Program-made: the position numbers and the translations under genes
The notes under the pieces: generated by a model
The model's database searches: none
Told to the model about the DNA's origin: nothing
Seen by the model: only the letters and a program-made list of their open reading frames with translations
Shown: positions 35,284-42,092 of the stretch, piece after piece
Layout of the letters: each line of letters starts with the position of its first letter
Numbering within the stretch: the stretch's first letter is position 1
NCBI GenBank assembly: GCA_037076615.1
Contig: AP029158.1
Span: 69,470 to 133,469 of the forward strand
Source: Candidatus Parcubacteria bacterium
Lineage (GTDB): Bacteria; Patescibacteriota; Patescibacteriia; Patescibacteriales; UBA12465
DNA length: 64,000 bases
Direction of reading: 5' to 3'

Positions 35284-36453
35284 TTAGTTTCCCGTTGGCG
35301 ACCAGTGCCAAGGCTCGCCTAAAGTATTTGCGTAAAGGCCGTTAGCGTTCATGCATTCTCTTAAGCCACTCTTTTCATTATAAGCCCAACTCATCTTTCC
35401 TTCAAAATAGTTAATATCAATTGCTTGCCCAGAGCCATGATTGGAGCAGCAGGGGGGTGCGGCTTTTTCACCTTTTCCTTGTTCATATAATAATCTTAGC
35501 TCTACCTGTATTTTTGGAGATCGCCAAGCGTTATTAATCCCAAAAGGAAAATCGCCTTTATTTTTTTCTTTGACGCATTCCATCGCTGATAGATAGGCGC
35601 TGAGAACAGACTGCTCAATAAAAACAGTTGAACCGTTAATAGCCTTAGTTGTTACTAGGCCTGCTGGCTGTGTCTCGTCTAAGGCCAGACATAAAGAATA
35701 ATCCCCTTTCCGGCTCGCTGCGCAAGCTTCCTGGTAAGGGTTCGCGGCTTGGGCGATTTCTCCTAATTCGCCGACATCAGTATCAGGGAGAGGATTTAGA
35801 GGTTCAATATAGGCAATTTCCAAACTCTTTAATTTTACTAAGTCCGGATTAATAAAACTTAAAATTAAATTAGCGCCAACGAGAAGAATTAATCCAGTTA
35901 CACTCCCCATAATCATATTTTTAGCGGTAGCAATCTTTCCTTGGTCGCCACCAGAAACAATCCAAATTACCCCTGCCGCCATTAAAATCAAAACTGCTAA
36001 AATACTGGCAATGTTAAGACCAAAGCTATAAAGACCGAAAGAGTATTCAGAAATCCAAGGTATTTTACAGACACCATTGGAGCAATCAACTTCACTCAAT
36101 CTTTCTAAACCGGGAATTTTTACTTGCCAAGTATCTGAAGGGTTTGTAAATTTAGGCTCTCTTATTGGTGTTGGGCTTAATATACTACAACAGCAGAGAT
36201 AGCCATATCCCTCTTCAGCGATTGGTTTATCTCCGTAACAGCTATTGCCGGCGATGGTGCTACTTGGACAAACGAAGTTGTCCACGGTGTTTGGATTAAC
36301 GACCGATCCAGCAGGCATGAAGGTGCTAAGGGATGTTTTGGTTACTTTAGTCCAAGTGCAGGTGTTTGCTTTAGCAGGGGGAACCACCAAAAAAGATACT
36401 CCTAAAAATAATAAGGCGACCGTGATTAAATTTTTATTAGAGACTAATTTCAT
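35284..36453 (-). CDS. exported fusion protein: T4SS-pilin (TrbC/VirB2-like) membrane-hairpin core + C-terminal M15/LAS zinc peptidase (VanY-like peptidoglycan peptidase) domain
   Basis: It has a signal peptide (..PPAKA|N). The core is LNIASILAVLILMAAGVIWIVSGGDQGKIATAKNMIMGSVTGLILLVGANLILSFINP. The C-terminus has SNHGSGQAID (SxHxxGxAxD) and EPWHW. An ATGA overlap joins it to the upstream OFOR beta gene. Confidence 0.7.
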   Translation of the reverse strand: MKLVSNKNLITVALLFLGVSFLVVPPAKANTCTWTKVTKTSLSTFMPAGSVVNPNTVDNFVCPSSTIAGNSCYGDKPIAEEGYGYLCCCSILSPTPIREPKFTNPSDTWQVKIPGLERLSEVDCSNGVCKIPWISEYSFGLYSFGLNIASILAVLILMAAGVIWIVSGGDQGKIATAKNMIMGSVTGLILLVGANLILSFINPDLVKLKSLEIAYIEPLNPLPDTDVGELGEIAQAANPYQEACAASRKGDYSLCLALDETQPAGLVTTKAINGSTVFIEQSVLSAYLSAMECVKEKNKGDFPFGINNAWRSPKIQVELRLLYEQGKGEKAAPPCCSNHGSGQAIDINYFEGKMSWAYNEKSGLRECMNANGLYANTLGEPWHWSPTGN

Positions 36454-37322
36454 AACCGGTATTTAGAGATATTTTGTTTAACAATTTTATCAATTATTTT
36501 TAAATCACTAGCGTTTAGATTTTTAAAGCGCCCCTGCCGACCCAAATAGTCAGCAAGTGGTGCCGGTGTGAACTTAGTCGTAATACTAGAAGCTGTTAGT
36601 TGTCCATTAGTGTATTCAAGTAAAGGGTAAAGCCCCGTTTTAACCGCTAACTTTCCCATTTGACCGGCCGCATCATTTTTTATTCTCCAGCCGGGAATAC
36701 AAGGCGCTAAAATCTGGACGTAACTAGGACCATCTACGGTTAAAGCTTTTTTTATTTTGTTGGTAATATCATCAGGGAAGCCGGCCGTACTTTGGGCAAC
36801 ATATTTTAAACCGTGAGCTAAGGCAATTCCTAATAAATCTTTTTTATGGGTGGTGGCTCCCGAGACACCCTGACCGCTAGGAGTGGTGGTAGTGCTCGCT
36901 CCGTAAGGAGTGGCCCCGGAAGCTTGGATCCCGGTATTAGAATAGGCTTCAGTATCAAAGCAAATGTAGAGAATGCGCTCGTCGCGTTCCCACATTCCCG
37001 AAATTAGGCCCAGGCCAATATCATAGGTGGCGCCATCGCCACCAATCGCCACGACCCGAGTCTTGTTATCTCCCTTAGCTTTTAAGGCTGCTAAAACTCC
37101 CGAAGCCGCGGCGGCGGCATTTTCAAATAAGGAGTGTATCCAAGGTATCCCCCAAGAGCTTTCCGGAAAGGATGTAGTTGTTACCTCAATACAGCCGGTG
37201 GCACTGGCAATAATTACCTCGTTCGGCAAGCCTCTTAAAGCCGCTTGCACAGCGGCTAATTCGCCGCAGCCGGCACAAGCGTTATGTCCCGGGCACAATT
37301 TTTGGTTTTTATAATTTGGCAT
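36450..37322 (-). CDS. 2-oxoacid:ferredoxin oxidoreductase beta subunit (TPP-binding)
   Basis: 290 aa with CPGHNACAGCGE, GGDGATYDIGLGLISG (TPP GDG motif) and NTGIQASG. Substrate (pyruvate, 2-ketoisovalerate or 2-oxoglutarate) cannot be decided from sequence by eye. Confidence 0.85.
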   Translation of the reverse strand: MPNYKNQKLCPGHNACAGCGELAAVQAALRGLPNEVIIASATGCIEVTTTSFPESSWGIPWIHSLFENAAAAASGVLAALKAKGDNKTRVVAIGGDGATYDIGLGLISGMWERDERILYICFDTEAYSNTGIQASGATPYGASTTTTPSGQGVSGATTHKKDLLGIALAHGLKYVAQSTAGFPDDITNKIKKALTVDGPSYVQILAPCIPGWRIKNDAAGQMGKLAVKTGLYPLLEYTNGQLTASSITTKFTPAPLADYLGRQGRFKNLNASDLKIIDKIVKQNISKYRL

Positions 37323-37337
37323 AATTATTTTTTCATT

Positions 37338-38315
37338 TTATTCCTGGCAGCAGACTAAATATTCAGCACAATTTCTTCCTTCACCTTCATAAACATCTTT
37401 ACATTCCTGATCTTTTTTAAAACAGCGAGCTCCTTCGCTAGTTCCACAGGGCTCACCTTCACGACCAGTGATATCGGTGTATAGCTTACCGTTATAACAC
37501 CAGTAGTTAATTAGGGCTAATTCACCCAAACTCTTATTTTGAGGAGCTTTATTTGGCTTACCCCCATAAACTACCCCTTGACAACTAGTATCTCCCATTT
37601 TTGCTCCACTACACTCACTTACACCAGAACAGGATTCGGAGAAAGTTTCTCGTTTGTTTTTTTCATCTGACTGGCAATCAGCTTCTAACTTGTTAGAACA
37701 AGATTTTACAGTTCCCGAGCTTTTTCCGTCATATTCAAGACAACATATATAGGGAGTGCATTGGCCGCTAGTGCTTAAACCATAGCTAGGATGAAAATCT
37801 TTTTCTTCGCAATTTTGGGAGCTAGTTACTTCAGCTTTACCGCTCTCTAGCGCTTTGTCGCAGCAGCCAACACCGACGTATTCCATTGATTTCATCTCAA
37901 TTGCCGGTAATTTTGTTAAATTAGGATTAATAGTATTTAAAATAAAATAAGAACCAAGTAATAAAAAACCGCCAAACAGGGAACCGCTAATCATTTTTTT
38001 AGCACCTTCAATTTTTTTAGTGTTGCCACCTGAAACAATCCAAGAAACGCCACCAGCCATTAAAATTAAGACGGCCAACACTCCTAAAATATTTAAAGCG
38101 TAAACATAAAAAGATCGAACATAATTAGCGAGTAAAGTGCTGCTGGTAGTGCCGTTTTTAGTTTCTCCAATCGCAATATTTTTATCAACTTGAAAATCAG
38201 AACCGGGAATTCCGACTTGAGGAGTAAAAGTAAATTCACGTTGAGCCGCCGCCGCGACAGTTCCGGCGCTTAAAAAAATAATTGTTACTAAGAAAATCGC
38301 TAATTTATTTTTCAT
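37338..38315 (-). CDS. exported fusion protein: T4SS-pilin membrane-hairpin core + 18-Cys C-terminal domain
   Basis: It has a signal peptide (..TVAAA|AQ). The core LNILGVLAVLILMAGGVSWIVSGGNTKKIEGAKKMISGSLFGGFLLLGSYFILNTINP is paralogous to the 389-aa protein. The C-terminal ~175 aa contain 18 Cys by hand count, including three CC pairs. The ATG lies 8 nt upstream of the OFOR alpha stop. Confidence 0.65.
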   Translation of the reverse strand: MKNKLAIFLVTIIFLSAGTVAAAAQREFTFTPQVGIPGSDFQVDKNIAIGETKNGTTSSTLLANYVRSFYVYALNILGVLAVLILMAGGVSWIVSGGNTKKIEGAKKMISGSLFGGFLLLGSYFILNTINPNLTKLPAIEMKSMEYVGVGCCDKALESGKAEVTSSQNCEEKDFHPSYGLSTSGQCTPYICCLEYDGKSSGTVKSCSNKLEADCQSDEKNKRETFSESCSGVSECSGAKMGDTSCQGVVYGGKPNKAPQNKSLGELALINYWCYNGKLYTDITGREGEPCGTSEGARCFKKDQECKDVYEGEGRNCAEYLVCCQE

Positions 38316-39441
38316 ATTTTTTTATTAAGCTTTGAATCTGTTTTTCAGTGATATCTTGTCCTCCTAGTCCTAAAACTTTAGCTTGTAAATTAATTTTTTC
38401 TCCCCAGAGGGCAGCGCTTAAATCTAGCTTTAAAGGAGATTCGTGCCCAAGACCGTAACTTTTTTCCAATACCAAAACGCGCTTTACTCCTTTTAAAGCC
38501 TGTTTAATGGCAGCGCTGGGGAAAGGACGGTAGCAACGAATTTTTAATAAAGCCACTTTGCCGGAATAATTATCCAAGACCTGCTTGATGGTGCCGCAAA
38601 CTGTCCCCATAGCGACAATAACTAGAGCCGGATTCTTAGCGCCATAATATTCAATTAATCCGGTATCAATCAAAGCCCGTTTTTCTTTAGGAGTGGGGAA
38701 GATTTTTTTCCAAGCGGTATAATCTTTTTTGATTGTTTCCGTAGCGGCTAATAAATCTTTTTGTAGTTGACCACGAAATTGAGGGTAAGTATCAGGTCCG
38801 CTAAAGACGCCTATAGTCACGGGATTTTTTGGGTTAAGATATTCTCCGGTAATCAATTTTCGTTGCGGCAGAAATTTTTTGATTGTTTGAGAATCGGGCA
38901 GGTAACAGCTCGTAAAAGCGTGGGTTAAAATAAAGCCATCAACGTTAACTAAAACTGGTAGATTTAAATTTTCGGCAACTTTGTAAGCTAAGATATGTTG
39001 ATCAATGGCTTCTTGGTGAGTTTCGGCAAAAAGTAAAATGGCACCGCAATCACGTAAAGCCATAATATCGGAGTGGTCATTCCAAATATTAATTGGTCCG
39101 GAAATGGCGCGGTTAGCCACCGTCATTACGACCGGTAGACGCAAGCCCGAGAGATTATATAAAACTTCCGTCATTAATAGTAAGCCCTGAGAGGAGGTGG
39201 CGCTATAGGTTCTTGCCCCGGTGGCGCTCGCTCCTAACACAATTGAAGCCGCGGCGAATTCGCTCTCAGCTCGGACATATTCATAGGTCGCTTTTTTGTC
39301 GACGGCTCGTTGGGCTAAATCCTCAACGATGTGGGTCTGTGGTGTAATTGGATAAGCGCTAACTACCGCCGGCTTGATTCGACTCACCACTTCGGCAATC
39401 GCGGCCGCTCCCTCTAAAAATTGTTTTTTTGTTACGCTCAT
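38305..39441 (-). CDS. 2-oxoacid:ferredoxin oxidoreductase alpha subunit
   Basis: Sequence MSVTKKQFLEGAAAIAEVVSRIKPAVVSAYPITPQTHIVEDLA...YVRAESEFAAASIVLGASATGARTYSATSSQGLLLM is the typical alpha-subunit N-domain. The start is taken at ATG 39441, 1 nt after the delta stop. Confidence 0.85.
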   Translation of the reverse strand: MSVTKKQFLEGAAAIAEVVSRIKPAVVSAYPITPQTHIVEDLAQRAVDKKATYEYVRAESEFAAASIVLGASATGARTYSATSSQGLLLMTEVLYNLSGLRLPVVMTVANRAISGPINIWNDHSDIMALRDCGAILLFAETHQEAIDQHILAYKVAENLNLPVLVNVDGFILTHAFTSCYLPDSQTIKKFLPQRKLITGEYLNPKNPVTIGVFSGPDTYPQFRGQLQKDLLAATETIKKDYTAWKKIFPTPKEKRALIDTGLIEYYGAKNPALVIVAMGTVCGTIKQVLDNYSGKVALLKIRCYRPFPSAAIKQALKGVKRVLVLEKSYGLGHESPLKLDLSAALWGEKINLQAKVLGLGGQDITEKQIQSLIKKYEK

Positions 39442-39442
39442 A

Positions 39443-39745
39443 TTAAAAATCTTCAACCATCTTAATTGCCTTAACGGGACACTCGGCGGCACACAAGCCG
39501 CAGCCTTTGCAATAATCTAAATCGGTTTCTGGTTTTAATTTATTGTTGTACTTTTTTTGCGCGACCATTTTTATGCAAGCGTCTGGACAAAATTTGGCGC
39601 ATAAAGAACAACCAATACAGACATTGTAATCAGTGACCGGCCGGTAAATTCGCCACGAGCCAGTTTTGTTGGTGGTGGCGCTGTTAGGCTGACTAATTGG
39701 CTGTCGCAATATTTTTGGGGCAGTCTTTTTTTTCTTAACTTTCAT
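39443..39745 (-). CDS. 2-oxoacid:ferredoxin oxidoreductase delta subunit (2x[4Fe-4S] ferredoxin)
   Basis: Two CxxCxxCxxxCP motifs are present: CIGCSLCAKFCP and CKGCGLCAAECP. Confidence 0.85.
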   Translation of the reverse strand: MKVKKKKTAPKILRQPISQPNSATTNKTGSWRIYRPVTDYNVCIGCSLCAKFCPDACIKMVAQKKYNNKLKPETDLDYCKGCGLCAAECPVKAIKMVEDF

Positions 39746-40316
39746 AAATTAAAGTAATCGCTTCTAAATTTTTACTAATAACATCTTTCCCTTTAGATTT
39801 TAATTTTGCCCGCACCGCTTCCCTTAGAGAGCTTAAAGAAAAGAGAGGGCTGTTTTTCGCCAGCGCCGCTAAAATAACGGTGTTGACGATATTTTTTCCA
39901 ATTACTTTAACTGCGACGGCGGTGGCGGGAGTGCAAATAATATTTTTTTGTTGGATTTTTATCTTTGGGGAGGATTTTTTTAATTGCTGAAAAATTTCCG
40001 TATTACTTAGTGAAGTGTTAATAATAATTTTTGTTTGAGTGTGGGCGCCGGCTAAAATGTCTCGATCACCAATTAAGGTCTCATCTTGAATAATTAAATA
40101 GTCGGGTTGGTAAATTTGCTGACGAGTTTTTATCGGCGCACTAGAAAGACGCGCAAAAGAAACCACTGGCGCGCCGCTACGCTCCACGCCAAAAAAAGGA
40201 AAGGCTTGTGCTTCTTTGCCATCCAAGGTGGCGGCTAGGGCTACTAGCTCGGCGGCGGTCACGGCTCCTTGGCCACCCCGGCCATGAACCCGTACTTGCA
40301 TTGTTAGAGGAGTCAT
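39735..40316 (-). CDS. 2-oxoacid:ferredoxin oxidoreductase gamma subunit
   Basis: RVHGRGGQGAVTAAELVALAA is the gamma-subunit signature. It overlaps the delta gene by 11 nt. The start could alternatively be the M at aa 6. Confidence 0.85.
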   Translation of the reverse strand: MTPLTMQVRVHGRGGQGAVTAAELVALAATLDGKEAQAFPFFGVERSGAPVVSFARLSSAPIKTRQQIYQPDYLIIQDETLIGDRDILAGAHTQTKIIINTSLSNTEIFQQLKKSSPKIKIQQKNIICTPATAVAVKVIGKNIVNTVILAALAKNSPLFSLSSLREAVRAKLKSKGKDVISKNLEAITLIYES

Positions 40317-40325
40317 AAAAAATAA

Positions 40326-41141
40326 CTATTCATTTAGAGTTTTTAAATAATTGTCGATCATTGTTATAAAGGCGGCGTCCTCTAAATAACCGGTCATCAC
40401 CCGACCATTAATAAACCAGACAGGCGTTCCTTCAACTTGTAGTGTGATTGCATCTTCTAAGTCAATGGCAATATTAGTGGTATACTTTTTCTCAGAGAAG
40501 CATTTATCAAACAAGGCCGCATTAATGCCTAGGGTCCCGGCTAAATCATAAATAGTGCTTTTAAGTTCAGCATCAAGAATGGTCAGGGCGCCTTGGTTAG
40601 CAAACAATTGATTATGCATTTCCCAAAATTTGCCTTGTTCGCCGGCACAGCGGGCGGCTAGAGCTAAGTCAATTGAAGTTTCATGTAAAGGTAAGTCTCG
40701 GTAAATAAATTTTACTTTATCGGGATATTTGTCAGTTATCTTTTTGGCGATTTTATAAGCCTTGGCGCAGTAAGGGCAAGCAAAGTCGGCAAATTCCACA
40801 ATCGTTATAACCGCCTCATCAGAACCTAAGGAGTAATTAGTCCCGGGGCCATAGATTGCTCGATCAAGATTTATTTCTTCCGGGTCAATCTGTTGCAAAA
40901 GTGAATTCTCCGAGTTATCAATCAAAAGTTCCACCTCTTGGCCATCAAGAATTCTGGCCGTGAGATTAGAGATATAAAACCCCGCCGCTACTAGTCCGGC
41001 TAAAACTAAGCCGAGGATAATAATTAGTGCTATCCCCCACCAGCGTTTATACCAAGGGGTTAATTTTTTCTTATATTTTTCTTTAAGAGTCAAATATTTA
41101 GTCCGCTCTTCCAGACTCAGATTGCCGAGATTTTTTGCCAT
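40326..41141 (-). CDS. membrane-anchored DsbA-family thiol:disulfide oxidoreductase
   Basis: It has an N-terminal TM (WWGIALIIILGLVLAGLVAAGFYI) and a thioredoxin fold with EFADFACPYCAKAY (CPYC active site). It lies 9 nt upstream of the OFOR gamma gene. Confidence 0.8.
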   Translation of the reverse strand: MAKNLGNLSLEERTKYLTLKEKYKKKLTPWYKRWWGIALIIILGLVLAGLVAAGFYISNLTARILDGQEVELLIDNSENSLLQQIDPEEINLDRAIYGPGTNYSLGSDEAVITIVEFADFACPYCAKAYKIAKKITDKYPDKVKFIYRDLPLHETSIDLALAARCAGEQGKFWEMHNQLFANQGALTILDAELKSTIYDLAGTLGINAALFDKCFSEKKYTTNIAIDLEDAITLQVEGTPVWFINGRVMTGYLEDAAFITMIDNYLKTLNE

Positions 41142-41206
41142 AAATTGTCTCTTTTAGCTTTTTTAATTATACTTTTATTATACATAATTTAGTAAAAAAT
41201 TACAGC

Positions 41207-41968
41207 ATGAAAATTATCTCTTGGAATGTTAATGGCATTCGCGCCGTTTTAAAAAAAGGCTTTCGGGAATTCTTAGAAACTGAGCGTCCGGAAATTTTAT
41301 GTTTACAAGAAATTAAAATCTCTGAGACTGCTAAAACTGAAGCTGCCTTTGATTTTCCCGGCTACCACGAGTATTGGAATTCGGCTCTTCGCCCGGGGTA
41401 TAGCGGTACGGCGACTTTAGTCCGCGAAGATATTGATGCACCTCTGAGTCTTAGCGGTTTAGGTCTCAAGGAATTTGACGATGAGGGGCGCACTCAGATT
41501 TTAGAATTTACCGATTTTTATTTGGTTAATTGTTATTTCCCTAATGCCAACGCCGAATTATCGCGCTTGCCTTACAAGTTAGCCTTTAATGAAGCCTTGC
41601 AAAAAAAGTTAAAAGAACTAGAGCTTAAAAAACCAGTTATTTTAACCGGCGATTATAATGTGGCTCATCGGGAAATTGATTTAGCGCGGCCTAAAGAAAA
41701 TATTGGTAGCGCCGGTTTCACTTATGAAGAGCGCGCTTGGATGGATAGATTTTTAGCGGCCGGCTTTATTGATACTTATCGAGCCCTAAATGGCGGCCGT
41801 ATTCAATACACTTGGTGGAGTTATCGAGCTTATGCGCGGGCGCGCAATGTTGGTTGGCGGATTGATTATTTTTGCGTTTCCGAAAAATTCTTACCGAAAA
41901 TAAAGACAGCGGCCATTTTAGATGAAGTTGAGGGGTCCGATCATTGTCCGATTCTAATTGTACTTTAG
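41207..41968 (+). CDS. xth: exodeoxyribonuclease III
   Basis: Motifs present: MKIISWNVNGIRA, LCLQEIK, GDYNVAH and GSDHCPI. Confidence 0.9.
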   Translation: MKIISWNVNGIRAVLKKGFREFLETERPEILCLQEIKISETAKTEAAFDFPGYHEYWNSALRPGYSGTATLVREDIDAPLSLSGLGLKEFDDEGRTQILEFTDFYLVNCYFPNANAELSRLPYKLAFNEALQKKLKELELKKPVILTGDYNVAHREIDLARPKENIGSAGFTYEERAWMDRFLAAGFIDTYRALNGGRIQYTWWSYRAYARARNVGWRIDYFCVSEKFLPKIKTAAILDEVEGSDHCPILIVL

Positions 41969-42092
41969 GTTGAAAAAACTGCCCAGCAGCTCTTTAATTT
42001 TTTAGTGCTTAAATCTTGCTTTTTAGCCATTTTCCCGCTAAAATCCAAAAATACTCAAGAAAAATTAGACTTTTTTTCTTTAACTTATTTTT

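Noticed and set aside
41969-42092. T-box riboswitch upstream of leuS
   Set aside because: The gap is only 124 nt. It has no specifier/terminator architecture and no conserved T-box sequence.
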